From the IMG/VR virus record IMGVR_UViG_3300044993_000766, positions 1 to 58,017 of that record: DNA of 58,017 nucleotides. The stretch is one strand, 5' to 3'. Source of the stretch: a virus (lineage: Duplodnaviria > Caudoviricetes). Shown one piece after another: positions 29,676 through 39,496 of this stretch (positions are counted from its first letter, which is position 1; each line of letters begins with the position of its first letter). Position numbers and translations under genes: made by a program. The notes under the pieces were generated by a model that worked only from the letters and a program-made list of their open reading frames with translations, was not told where the DNA came from and did no database searches.

Positions 29676-31216
29676 GGCCGGTACGGTCCTGGGTACGGTT
29701 CGGCGCCATATGACGGGAGGGTGATCCCGTAATCGGTCGTGATCTGCGGTGCGATCGGTTGTGCCTTACGCCGCTGACGTTCGGTGTCGTCCTCCTGCCG
29801 GGCGCGCTGGTAGACGGTGCGTGCATCAAGCAAGGCACGCCGCGCCTGCGCCTCCGCCTGCGCGTAGCGTTCGACCGCGATACGTCGATCGACGCCCCGG
29901 CCAGTGCGTTCGTAGCGTGCCTGAGAGTCCTGTGCCTCTTTGAGCTTGCGCTCCGCATCGCGCCACCGCTGCGCTGCGTCGCGATAATTGTCCAGTGCAT
30001 CGGCGGTGCGTGGCTGCTCGCGCGGACGACGGATCGTGCCGGTCGCTCCGTCGATCTCGATGTTGGCGCCAGCGGCGGCGCTCGACTCCGCAGGCGGTGG
30101 GGCCAGCGCGCGAGCGCGGGCAGGCGTCGAAGCCACCGGCACAGCCGGCGCCGCCGTGGGCGCATCGGCACGCACGCCGAAGCCCAGCGCATCGAACGAT
30201 GCCGCCGGCGGCGTCGCCCGGCCACCGAACAGCGCACTCAGCGCGCGTGTCGCCTCGTCGCGCTGCTGTTGCAGGGAGGCACGTTCGGTGTCGTCCAGCG
30301 CATTCACCAGCGCCTTGTCCAGCGTCTGGATGCGGTGTTCGAGCACGGTCGTCTGACTCTCCTGCGCGGGCGTGAGCGTTGTGCTGCCGCGTGTGGCCGC
30401 GTCGGTGTAGTGCTGCCATGCGGTCGGCGATTGCGCGGTCAGGGTTTGCAGCAACGCGGCAGCCGACGCCGCCGGCATCGTCGGATAGGCGTGACCCTGC
30501 GCATCGGTGTAGGTGATCTTTCCTGCCGCATCCTTGGCGACCTGCCCAAGCCCCGCGGAGCGCAGCAGCGCATTGGCCGTGTCCACGTTCCCGGCGAGCA
30601 GCGCGGTACTCGCATTCGCATACAGGCCGCTGGCGTAGGGTGCGCCGTATTGGCCGGCGACGCCCCGCGCGCCCGGCCACGCCTCTGCCGAGCGCTGTGC
30701 GGCTTGGGCCGATTGCAGTGGATCGACACGCGAGCCGGCCGCATCGCGTGCCGCCGCGTCGGCGACCGGGTTCTGGTAGCGCATATCTTCGGCCGCATCA
30801 CGGGCGCGCTGGTTGTCTGGCGTCCAGGCACGACCCAGCGTGTCGAGCGCGAGTCGGTTCTGTTCGTGGCCCAGTCGATACGCCGACCCCTGCATCGCTT
30901 CCTGTGCTGGCAACAGCCGACCCTGCATCTGCGCCTGATCGGTGTCCAGCCGCCACAGCGCGCCTTGCCGTGTCTCGTAGGCCGGCAGCAGACGGGTGTC
31001 CGCTTCCGCCCGGCGCGCGCCGTAGACGTTGCCGACGTTGATCTTGTCGAGCGAGGTCTGGTGAGTGTTGAACGCGAGATCGTTCGCCAGACCGAAAGTG
31101 AAGGCGCGTTGCCGGGCGTCCGCCTGCCGCGCGGCGGCTTCGTCGAGTTGTTGCAACCACTGCGCCGAACTGGCGCTGGCGCGATCGAGGATCGCGAGCG
31201 GATCGTAAGTCGGCAT
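29672..31216 (-). CDS. Putative internal virion/DNA ejection protein
   Basis: Ala/Gln-rich helical 514-aa protein in the podoviral ejection-gene position; ATGA overlap with the next gene. Confidence 0.6.
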   Translation of the reverse strand: MPTYDPLAILDRASASSAQWLQQLDEAAARQADARQRAFTFGLANDLAFNTHQTSLDKINVGNVYGARRAEADTRLLPAYETRQGALWRLDTDQAQMQGRLLPAQEAMQGSAYRLGHEQNRLALDTLGRAWTPDNQRARDAAEDMRYQNPVADAAARDAAGSRVDPLQSAQAAQRSAEAWPGARGVAGQYGAPYASGLYANASTALLAGNVDTANALLRSAGLGQVAKDAAGKITYTDAQGHAYPTMPAASAAALLQTLTAQSPTAWQHYTDAATRGSTTLTPAQESQTTVLEHRIQTLDKALVNALDDTERASLQQQRDEATRALSALFGGRATPPAASFDALGFGVRADAPTAAPAVPVASTPARARALAPPPAESSAAAGANIEIDGATGTIRRPREQPRTADALDNYRDAAQRWRDAERKLKEAQDSQARYERTGRGVDRRIAVERYAQAEAQARRALLDARTVYQRARQEDDTERQRRKAQPIAPQITTDYGITLPSYGAEPYPGPYRP

Positions 31217-31237
31217 GAGAGCGGTTCCGAAAGGGCG

Positions 31238-32548
31238 TTACGCGAAAGGGGTCATGCGTGCGGCAAGGCCGCGGGCGTCGCGCAGGTTGAGCAAAGTGTC
31301 GTCGCCCGTCGAATCGGCATCGAAGTCGCCGGAGAGGCCGGGCAGGCCGCGCGTGAGCATCGCAGTGCCCATACCGAACGATTGCAGACTGTTCGCACGC
31401 GACTGCTGCATGAGGTAGCCCGAGAAGCGCCCGAAACTCGCCTGCAACGCGCCGTAGTAACCGCTCATACCGCCCATCAACGCATCGTTCGCGCCACCGA
31501 TCGCGGCCGTTGCCGCACGCATATCGCCCGTGGCGCTGGCGTGTAGGCTGCGGCCGATGTTGAACATCTGGAGTTTGCGGTTGAACTGCACGTCGTGGCG
31601 CCGCCATACCTGCAATTCTTCGTAGCGCCACGCATGGTTCACGGCATCGACTTCCGTGCGCGCCCACTCCGAATGAATCTCGCGCAACAGGTTCGCATTC
31701 GCCCCGGCGCAGTACCGCGAGAGCCTGCGGTTCAATCCAGTGATCGCCTTACCGAAGGCGCGCGCGGCATCGTTGCGCGCGCGGCCCATGTGCAATTCAT
31801 ACTGTGGCACATAGCGCGGATCGGATGCGACCTGGGCCATCGTCGCGTCTTCGACCGGCGCGAAGATCGTCGTGTAGCGGCAATACTCCTTCTCCGCCAT
31901 CACGAGCTGGCGATTGGCGAGCGCGGCCTGATCGTTGGCGATGGAGCGCACGAGGTCGCGTTGTTTGCTGGCAATGTAGTTGTCGATCGCGATCTGGATC
32001 GCGACTTGGCCGATGGCCTTCACACCGACGCTATCGAGTTGTTGCTTGTAGGCCAGTTCCGCGAGGTAACGGTCGCGGCCGGCAGCCGGGTTCGGCGTGA
32101 CATGCAGGGTCGGCTGCGCCAGATACGCGAGCAACGCACCGAGACCAGCGCCGACGATGGTACTCGTCACCTGACTGTTGCCGTCCGGGTCGCCGGGCAC
32201 AACTTCGACATTGCCGGTCGCGCAGTTGAAGCGCGGCAGGGTCTGTCCGAAGCCGGCGTAGTCGTCGTCGTTGAGCATCCAACCGAGCAAGCCGCCGATG
32301 CCGGCACCCGCAAGGATCGTGCCCCATGAGATTGTGCCGGGCAGCATCGTCGGCAGGGTCGGGTTGTAGATGACCTGCCGGATCTGCTGATTGATGTCCT
32401 GCCTCTGCTGCGATTCCGCATTGATCCAGGCGTTGACGGCGGAGGTATTGTCGTTCTGGACGAGGTTGCGATGCTGGAGCATCGACATATACGCCGCGTC
32501 CATGAACGACGCGCCACCCCAATTGGTGACGAGAACGGCGGTCGCCAT
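31238..32548 (-). CDS. Putative internal virion/ejection protein
   Basis: Start reassigned to MATAVLV (32548, overlapping the upstream stop); Gly-rich hydrophobic segments and helical body. Confidence 0.6.
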   Translation of the reverse strand: MATAVLVTNWGGASFMDAAYMSMLQHRNLVQNDNTSAVNAWINAESQQRQDINQQIRQVIYNPTLPTMLPGTISWGTILAGAGIGGLLGWMLNDDDYAGFGQTLPRFNCATGNVEVVPGDPDGNSQVTSTIVGAGLGALLAYLAQPTLHVTPNPAAGRDRYLAELAYKQQLDSVGVKAIGQVAIQIAIDNYIASKQRDLVRSIANDQAALANRQLVMAEKEYCRYTTIFAPVEDATMAQVASDPRYVPQYELHMGRARNDAARAFGKAITGLNRRLSRYCAGANANLLREIHSEWARTEVDAVNHAWRYEELQVWRRHDVQFNRKLQMFNIGRSLHASATGDMRAATAAIGGANDALMGGMSGYYGALQASFGRFSGYLMQQSRANSLQSFGMGTAMLTRGLPGLSGDFDADSTGDDTLLNLRDARGLAARMTPFA

Positions 32549-33006
32549 CAGCCGATCTTCTTGCTGTAAGCCGTGGTGGAAGGCCGGAAGCCGGTGAGTA
32601 GCGGCATGCCGCATGTCGGCGCCAGTTCCACGCGCAACTGCGTCGCCTGCCGCTCCTTCGCCCAGGCCTCGAAATCGGCGACCAGTTCGGTCGCCGTCGT
32701 CGCGGTGACGCCCTCGCCTACCGCATCGACCATCAACAGCGGCGCATGCGCCTGAATCTCGCCATCCAGAGGTGCCATCGCGTTGTAGCCCATCAGCAGG
32801 CCGATCGGCACGCCCGCGGCGTTGATCGCGGCGCCGACGTACATCGAAATGCCGCCCGCGCCGGCCAGCACCGGCACCAGCGCGCGCACGATGCCGGCCT
32901 CGTGCGGCGTCGCGTCGGGATCGAGCGCGATCACATAGCGGCGCACCAGATCGACCAGCGCGTCGGCCATGCTGAGGGGAATGTCGTTGTTGCGTTTGAT
33001 GTGCAT
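32548..33006 (-). CDS. GNAT-fold virion assembly protein
   Basis: LVADFEAWAKERQATQLRV...GF...AYSK GNAT-like C-terminus; GGAGG RBS; typical position before ejection genes. Confidence 0.6.
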   Translation of the reverse strand: MHIKRNNDIPLSMADALVDLVRRYVIALDPDATPHEAGIVRALVPVLAGAGGISMYVGAAINAAGVPIGLLMGYNAMAPLDGEIQAHAPLLMVDAVGEGVTATTATELVADFEAWAKERQATQLRVELAPTCGMPLLTGFRPSTTAYSKKIG

Positions 33007-33022
33007 GAAACCTCCAGAAACG

Positions 33023-33046
33023 AAAAACCCCGCCGAAGCGGGGTTT
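33023..33046 (-). terminator. Intrinsic terminator after the moron genes
   Basis: AAACCCCGC-TTCG-GCGGGGTTTTT on the minus strand. Confidence 0.8.
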
Positions 33047-33066
33047 GCGTATGCGTAGCGGGAATA

Positions 33067-33816
33067 TTATTGCTCGAAATCCGTGAGGCGGGCCTGTCGA
33101 AAAGGCTCGAAACCAATCAATTCCAGAAGCATTGCCCCCAGGTGCGTGATCTCGCGCCGGACTCGAAACTTTCTGCCGCCCCATTCCATCTCGGGAACAC
33201 CATTGGCGCCCGTTGAGAGATGATCTTCCATCAAACCAAGCTGCACAAGATGACTGAGATAGCTCTCCTTGAGCGCCGAAGCGGCCATGCGCGCGTTGTC
33301 CGATGGATAGTCTGCCACCACCTTCGGTTCAAGAATCTCTCGGTGCAAGCCCTGAAATTCGTGATGCCCTCTGAAACTGTTGCCCGCATAGTGCCGCAAC
33401 CACACGATTTCGACATCGTTCAACTCTCCCAGAATGCGAAGCAAATGACGGCTATCGTGCTCATCAATCTGTTCTTGGGTCATTTCCGTTGAAAGCACTG
33501 CCGCCAAATACGCCCTGCGTTGATCGCTGGTCGCCCGCGCGGCCTGCCTGACGACCTCCTCAGCCAGCTCCAGAAAGTGGTCGTCGCTCCATTTCCGCTT
33601 TGTCACTTCGCTTTCTATTCCTGCCAGCCGACGATCAAGCTCGGCAGCGAATTTCGCGACGCGATCCAAACGCTGATTCGGAATCGCTATCCCTGCCAAT
33701 TCCGCCAGGATGGACCCCGCAAAAGGCACTGCCCCCAAGAGCGCTTTACTCGCCACGACGGCATGGTCGTGACCGGAGTTTTTCAACTCATCTGGCATAG
33801 AATCATCGTTTGACAT
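33067..33816 (-). CDS. Moron protein, DUF4393/Abi-alpha-like
   Basis: LGAVPFAGSILAE...QRLDRVAKF, AARATSDQRRAYLAAVL, LRILGELNDVEI and a C-terminal winged-helix-like ITHLG pattern; start reassigned to MSNDDS. Confidence 0.55.
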   Translation of the reverse strand: MSNDDSMPDELKNSGHDHAVVASKALLGAVPFAGSILAELAGIAIPNQRLDRVAKFAAELDRRLAGIESEVTKRKWSDDHFLELAEEVVRQAARATSDQRRAYLAAVLSTEMTQEQIDEHDSRHLLRILGELNDVEIVWLRHYAGNSFRGHHEFQGLHREILEPKVVADYPSDNARMAASALKESYLSHLVQLGLMEDHLSTGANGVPEMEWGGRKFRVRREITHLGAMLLELIGFEPFRQARLTDFEQ

Positions 33817-33898
33817 TGAGCGATACCCCGCCAAGATCGGAATTACTCTCTGAAAGAGCGAAAGGCTTGAATATCGACCACATCGGCGCGACAGCGCA

Positions 33899-34552
33899 CT
33901 AGCCTGCCGCTTCAACCGCCTTGACGTGACTGGAAGCGCGCTTACGCCCCTTGGTCAACTCCGCAAGTACGCATTCGGCTAAGGGATAACGCTGATCCAG
34001 TTCCTCGACCAAACGCTTGGCCGCTTCAATGCATAGCGCAAGCCACGTAAAGACTGGCGTGTAGATCAGTCCCACCACGGCGATGGCCACGAGCAGGCCG
34101 GGCGATGCAAAGGGCGTATAGATCAAAATCGCCGCAATGATCCACGGGGAAATCGAAATCAGGTGAAGCCCTCTGGCGGTCCATTTCAGACTAGGCCGCG
34201 CAAAGTAACGGTTGTCAACGAACCCCGAACCGTCGGAGTCAAGGCGAACGATACCGAGCGCGTACTTGCAGTCGCTTAGCATGCGCATCGAATTGTGCCT
34301 GGAGAGCGCCATCTTGATCGCTCGACCGTCCAGCACACAGCGAAACGCATCGGACACCGCAATTTCCCACGCGATGGGATCAGCATGACGCCATCGACCC
34401 GATTTGGTCAGGTCATACAAACGCTTCATGCGCTCTTTCGACAATCGAAGCGCAAGACTGCGAACCTTGTAGAGCAGCAACAGTCCGAGTATCGGCAATA
34501 CGAGCGCCAGCACCCAAGGATAGCGTTCGACCACACCCCCTAACCAGCTCAT
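33899..34552 (-). CDS. Moron membrane protein (about 3 TM)
   Basis: One N-terminal and two C-terminal hydrophobic helices; lower GC; AGGA RBS. Confidence 0.7.
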   Translation of the reverse strand: MSWLGGVVERYPWVLALVLPILGLLLLYKVRSLALRLSKERMKRLYDLTKSGRWRHADPIAWEIAVSDAFRCVLDGRAIKMALSRHNSMRMLSDCKYALGIVRLDSDGSGFVDNRYFARPSLKWTARGLHLISISPWIIAAILIYTPFASPGLLVAIAVVGLIYTPVFTWLALCIEAAKRLVEELDQRYPLAECVLAELTKGRKRASSHVKAVEAAG

Positions 34553-34780
34553 TGCGGATCATCCTCTGAGAAACTCGAACTCGCTTATTTGCACGACCAC
34601 CGTCTCAAACCATGAGAATGGTAGGCAATGCCGCGTGCAGCGCCTTGCCGTCAGCGGGGGCCGTGCCCGACGGCCGTCCGGGTTGGGCGGCCAATGGCCC
34701 CGGACCTGACGAGAGACAGATTAGCCATCTGCGCCTGCCTTTGGAATCGGACATCGGCTCCTCTGAGGGTAGGAATTTTC

Positions 34781-36454
34781 CTACCCCTCCGCGAGTTCGG
34801 CGATGCTGCTGGCGATGTGAAGCTCCCGCAGCACGCCTTTGTCGGGTGATTCCGGCCGTTCGACCTCGATCTCGAACCCCAGGTGCCGGCTCAGGTGCGG
34901 CAGGCGGAACGGGTTGGAATGACGGATTTCGCGCTCAAACCGTAGCCGGTCGTCGGCCCACAGCCTGAATGTGGTCGCGGGGGTGGCTTCGCCCCAGTCG
35001 CCCCGGAACGGATGCGCGTCCCAGACCACCTTCGCCGCCGCCCAGTTGATATGCCCCGGCATGACCGTGCAACGGGTCCGGTAGCGCAGAGGCAGGTAGG
35101 TGCGGCCGGCGTTCCACTGGCCGATGCCGGTCGGCAGCGCCAGGAACAGCGCATCGGTACGACTGCGGTGCAGCGCGGTCGGTCGCAGCGACAGGGCGAT
35201 CAGCCCCAACTGCCGACCGGGATAGGTCGGATCGGTCAGATCGAGCATCCAGCCGCTATTCGCGGTGAAACCGAACCACAGCCCATCATGGACGGCGGCG
35301 AGCAGCGTCTCCGGCCGCAGGGCCGCGAAGTCATCCTCACCCCAATACGCCTGGCTCACGCGCTGGCACTGGCGACCCGAGAGCAACACCAGCCCATCCC
35401 GGCCGGCGTAGAGCGCGCCACCGCTTGGGGTTGTCGCCATCGAGCGGCGCGCTACGCAGGGCATCGGTTCGGGCATCCGAAACACCTCGCGCCTGCCCCA
35501 CTCGTCCGCCTGCGGCGCGATCCAGTAGGGGTGCCCGTCCGTGGCCACGTACAGCCCGCTGTCGGTCCAAGCCAACGCGACGATCGTGTCGTCCAGGTGC
35601 AGGCGGTAGGCATCCGGCCACGCATGGAACTCGTGCGGCTCGCAGACCCAGAGGTCGCGACCCACGGCACCGGCCAATTGCGTGCCGTTCGGCTCGGGGA
35701 CCAGATGGGTCAGTCCTTCCGGCGGCGGGGCGAAGCGCATGGTGGTCAGCGGTTCGCCCAGATCGAGATTCGGTAGGGCATCGTTGACGCCGCCGGCCGC
35801 CGCCAGGAACTCTCCAACTAGGTGAAACTCCTCCATGCGCGGCAAGCCGATCTGCTCGGCCCCGGCATCGCTCGCGGTCAGGCGGTAGAGCCGCAGCGCC
35901 TGCACGTCCCAACCGCCGACCGGCGCGCCGTCCCACTGCACCCGAACGGCGGCACCGTCGTCGATCTTGAACCGCACGCTCGGCAATGAGGGCGGCCCCT
36001 CGTTCCCGAAACGATCCACATACGTCACCACGTAGGCCCGGTACTCGCTGCGCTGGTCGTTCGGCCCGGCCCAGCCCGGCGGCGCGCTGGGGGTCGCGAT
36101 CGGCGGCGTCGGCACAGGCAGACCCAACCGCCACCAGCGTCCGGCCACGGCGTCCGCCGCATCGGCCCAGACAGGGAAGCGCAGATCCTCGCCGACCGCG
36201 ATCACGCGCGGGCAACCGGGCAGACCGGAGACAAGATCATCGACGCCGGGCAGGACGATCCAGCCAGCCTCCGTCCGGTAGATTGTGCGATGTGGCACCC
36301 CACGCGGATCGACCGGTAGCGGTGTGGGATACGCCTCGATGGTGCCGTGCCACAGGTTGACGTTCTCGGCCCAGATCGCCTCATTGCCCTGCAACAGCGT
36401 GTGGTTGAGCCGAGGACGCATGCCGGCAAAGACGGTTTTCTGGAGTGAGGGCAT
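34781..36454 (-). CDS. Podoviral tail tubular/nozzle (stabilisation) protein
   Basis: FAGMRPRL...AENVNL, YVVTYVDRFGNEGPPS, EPHEFHAWP, PFRLP; beta-rich; downstream of adaptor genes. Confidence 0.75.
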   Translation of the reverse strand: MPSLQKTVFAGMRPRLNHTLLQGNEAIWAENVNLWHGTIEAYPTPLPVDPRGVPHRTIYRTEAGWIVLPGVDDLVSGLPGCPRVIAVGEDLRFPVWADAADAVAGRWWRLGLPVPTPPIATPSAPPGWAGPNDQRSEYRAYVVTYVDRFGNEGPPSLPSVRFKIDDGAAVRVQWDGAPVGGWDVQALRLYRLTASDAGAEQIGLPRMEEFHLVGEFLAAAGGVNDALPNLDLGEPLTTMRFAPPPEGLTHLVPEPNGTQLAGAVGRDLWVCEPHEFHAWPDAYRLHLDDTIVALAWTDSGLYVATDGHPYWIAPQADEWGRREVFRMPEPMPCVARRSMATTPSGGALYAGRDGLVLLSGRQCQRVSQAYWGEDDFAALRPETLLAAVHDGLWFGFTANSGWMLDLTDPTYPGRQLGLIALSLRPTALHRSRTDALFLALPTGIGQWNAGRTYLPLRYRTRCTVMPGHINWAAAKVVWDAHPFRGDWGEATPATTFRLWADDRLRFEREIRHSNPFRLPHLSRHLGFEIEVERPESPDKGVLRELHIASSIAELAEG

Positions 36455-36512
36455 AATTCAGGCTTGATGTGCACGATGGCCGATTCCCGGCCACCCACAG
36501 GACACCTTGGAC

Positions 36513-37607
36513 ATGAACACGTCCGCGCAACCGGATGCAGACGACGGGAAGACACCGGAACCACCGCTGCCGCCATCGACAGTGCCGGCAACGACCACGT
36601 TGAACCTGCGTGGCTTGGGTTCGGATGCCGAGTGGAACGAACGCTTCGCCGGCAACCTTCGCTATGTGATCGTCGAATGTGGAAGATTCATGGACCTGCA
36701 TCTGCTGGAAGGCGTGACGGTGGGTTTCGATTACAACGATGCGTTGAACTCTGTGGACCTCGGCTACGAATCGTCTGTCGCCAAGGGATACACGAACGAA
36801 GAAGGTTTGATCGGCGTCGGCAAGCTGCTCCGGGTTCGTCGCGACGACGGCATCAAGGCGCATATCGTCATCGATGCGGGGGTTCTGCACCTCCTCGCAG
36901 AGCCCGAACACCCGTTGTTCCTGTCCACGGCGAACATCCTCGCGCATGAACTGGCGCATGTGAACGTGATGCAGTGGTTCATCGAACACAGCCCCGGCAT
37001 CCTGCTCGAACGTCCCGAAGGCGATTGGGCAACCTATGTGATGCGCGATACCGCTCACATCGTCTGGGAGGAATACGCCGCCTGTCGCTTGAGCGCCAGA
37101 ATTTCCGGCGATCAGGTGATGGAAAACTATGCGAAGAATGTCGAAATCTCGATGGCCGGCGCCGTCCAGAACGCCCGTGAAAGCATCAAGACCTACCGCA
37201 CGCACGGTGATCGTGGACGACTGCTGACCGAAACTCTGACCGCCATCGCCAAGCCCATCAAGATGCTCGCCTATCTGCTCGGACATCTTGATGGGCTGGA
37301 TCGAGAGGCTGACCTCAAAGCCATCGCGCCTGCTTGCGATGGCGACGAGCTATCCCCCGCCGTACTGATCGTGCATGACGCCTTGCGTCAAGCATGGGAG
37401 ACGCGGCACGACTGGCAAGGCATGAAGGGCGTGGACGGGGTCGTCAACGCATTGCTGCGCGCGATGGAGATTGCGGGCATCCAGCTTCGCCTCAGCGAAG
37501 AAGGCGATGGCTCGATGATCCACGCCCCGTTCACTGCGGCCACCCTGCCCAATGGCGAGGCGGATATGGCCATCATCCGGCTCCAGCGCATGCTGGAGCC
37601 GGAATAA
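36513..37607 (+). CDS. Moron: HExxH zinc metallopeptidase-like protein
   Basis: ILAHELAHV followed by WEEYAA (third ligand Glu); antisense to the late operon. Confidence 0.7.
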   Translation: MNTSAQPDADDGKTPEPPLPPSTVPATTTLNLRGLGSDAEWNERFAGNLRYVIVECGRFMDLHLLEGVTVGFDYNDALNSVDLGYESSVAKGYTNEEGLIGVGKLLRVRRDDGIKAHIVIDAGVLHLLAEPEHPLFLSTANILAHELAHVNVMQWFIEHSPGILLERPEGDWATYVMRDTAHIVWEEYAACRLSARISGDQVMENYAKNVEISMAGAVQNARESIKTYRTHGDRGRLLTETLTAIAKPIKMLAYLLGHLDGLDREADLKAIAPACDGDELSPAVLIVHDALRQAWETRHDWQGMKGVDGVVNALLRAMEIAGIQLRLSEEGDGSMIHAPFTAATLPNGEADMAIIRLQRMLEPE

Positions 37608-37629
37608 GCGAGTTCACTCAGGGAACGAC

Positions 37630-38223
37630 ATGGCAATCATGGCCATACTCCTACGCACCCACTTCTCCCTCCATCATGCGCAAGCGGCCACTTTCCACGC
37701 GCGTCAAGCAGCGAATATCGCGCTGGATGGGACAGAGGAGGCTGCGATCGCCCTGGGCGCACACGTCTCGGCGGCCGTGATCTCCGCTGGTGCATTTCTG
37801 GAAGCCACCATCAACGAAATCAGCGAGAACGACGAGCGCAGCGGCGCTTTGGAGCGTCTGAACACCTATCTCAAGGCGCATCACGCCAAGGGCATTCCAA
37901 AGAGCGATCCGCGCTGGCGATCAGCCAAGACCTTGATGGACCTCCGCAACCGACTTGTGCATTACACACACGACTGGCTGGACGAAGGTTCAGATAACAT
38001 GATTGGCGAAAAGGCGCTCAATAAGTCCACGCTTCTGACGCGCATGCAAAAAGAATTTGCATTCCTTCCACCACCAGTAAATTACATTCCACGATTCCTG
38101 TCGCCGGACTGCGCAGCGTGGGCCATCGGCACTGCGACAGCGCTTCTGGATGAGTTCTTTCAGCGACTTAACTCGGAACCCTTTTTCAACCATTTACGAG
38201 ACCGCATCGAAGTTAAACGATAA
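37630..38223 (+). CDS. Moron: HEPN-domain putative RNase
   Basis: AVISAGAFLEATINE helix and LRNRLVHY (Rx4H) motif; GGGA RBS; 22 bp after the peptidase gene. Confidence 0.7.
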   Translation: MAIMAILLRTHFSLHHAQAATFHARQAANIALDGTEEAAIALGAHVSAAVISAGAFLEATINEISENDERSGALERLNTYLKAHHAKGIPKSDPRWRSAKTLMDLRNRLVHYTHDWLDEGSDNMIGEKALNKSTLLTRMQKEFAFLPPPVNYIPRFLSPDCAAWAIGTATALLDEFFQRLNSEPFFNHLRDRIEVKR

Positions 38224-38252
38224 CGATCACCATGCCCATAATCGGCTTCATA

Positions 38253-38891
38253 TTACATCAAGATATGCAGGGGCATTGAAACTTCATCGCGCCGCAGATC
38301 ATGTGCAATGGCCATGCGAAGACTAAGGCGATCCCGCATCTGCGCCGAGTCGAAGTTGGCTATTTCCGCCACTGCATTCTCGAAGATGGCCGAATCAAAC
38401 CATTCCTTATGCCCATAGGCCCCGAACGGCACGGAATGCGGCGGTTCAGTCCTCGCGAACTGAAAACGCTTTTTTGCCATTCTCTCGGCCGCCAAAGCGC
38501 TTGCCTTGTCACCGCCGAAGTAGATGCCGACACTTCGGTCAAGATCAAAGTCGCAGTTGAACTGAGCGGCCCGACTGGTCCAGTCACCGGAGCAACCCAA
38601 CTTTAGCTTCGAGCTGGCCGGGTCTAGCAGCAAATAGACTCGATAGAGCGGCACATTGACCGGCGCGTAGATTCTGCTCGGAACACGGACCCGGTAGAGC
38701 TTCAGAAGTGCGGAAACGAAAATCATGGAGCCAGGATGCTTCATACTGTACTTCGCGGCGCTACGCTCCACTTTTGCCGACCCGATTTGTTCGATCAGGT
38801 ACAGCAGCCGGCGGGCATCCATCTCATTTTCAACGTGGACATCGAAATGATGGGCCGGCAACTTCGGGTGGAATGGACTTATCCTGTTCAT
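38253..38891 (-). CDS. Moron: GIY-YIG/T5orf172-like nuclease-domain protein
   Basis: VYLL...LKLGCS...SR...AERMAK...GHKEWF. Confidence 0.68.
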   Translation of the reverse strand: MNRISPFHPKLPAHHFDVHVENEMDARRLLYLIEQIGSAKVERSAAKYSMKHPGSMIFVSALLKLYRVRVPSRIYAPVNVPLYRVYLLLDPASSKLKLGCSGDWTSRAAQFNCDFDLDRSVGIYFGGDKASALAAERMAKKRFQFARTEPPHSVPFGAYGHKEWFDSAIFENAVAEIANFDSAQMRDRLSLRMAIAHDLRRDEVSMPLHILM

Positions 38892-38989
38892 TGTTAGCCG
38901 CGATCGTTAGTCTGCCTGGGTAATGCTCGAAGCACGAAGCAGATGCAGACTTCAGTTGGACCACAAAATATCGAACAGGGCGGGATAGG

Positions 38990-39487
38990 TCATCGCCTCA
39001 CAACCCGCCCTGTAGCTCCACAAAGCCTCACCCATATCGTCAGTGCCGTTACTTCACAGCCTTCTACAGCCACGCGCCCATGATACCAGCCTGCCGGCGC
39101 TTCGGTCAGATCGTGGTCGATGATGAACGTCGCGACGCCGCCCACGATGGATTCTGCAATGTAGGTCTTCGAGGGCGGCGGCACGACAACCGGCAATCCA
39201 CCATCGCAAGGGCGACACCGCGCCAGCGTCGGCGCCCACTTGCCACAATCGCCGCAATTCGATTCGCCACAGCCGCCACATCCACCCCAGCGGCCTTCCA
39301 TCACGTCATCCGCGCGCGGGTACCGCGGCGTGCAGGCATCCGCGCGGTCCAGCACGGGCTGACACACGCTTTCGCCCTTGCGGGTGACGGTCAAGGTCAC
39401 GTTCGTCACATGGACGGTTGCGCAGTCGCGCATCAGCAGGACATGCAGGCGTTCGGTGTTCGGCTCGACGATCAGCGGACGGGCCAT
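38990..39487 (-). CDS. Cys-rich phage structural protein
   Basis: GGAG RBS, in the late operon; CGGCGESNCGDC segment; beta-rich C-terminus. Confidence 0.6.
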   Translation of the reverse strand: MARPLIVEPNTERLHVLLMRDCATVHVTNVTLTVTRKGESVCQPVLDRADACTPRYPRADDVMEGRWGGCGGCGESNCGDCGKWAPTLARCRPCDGGLPVVVPPPSKTYIAESIVGGVATFIIDHDLTEAPAGWYHGRVAVEGCEVTALTIWVRLCGATGRVVRR

Positions 39488-39496
39488 GCGCTTCTC

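Noticed and set aside
29759-31546. 595-aa plus-strand ORF
   Set aside because: Antisense to ejection genes; Arg-rich shadow
32549-33184. N-terminal extension of the 648-aa ORF 31238-33184
   Set aside because: Arg-rich, overlaps the GNAT gene and a terminator; real start is likely 32548
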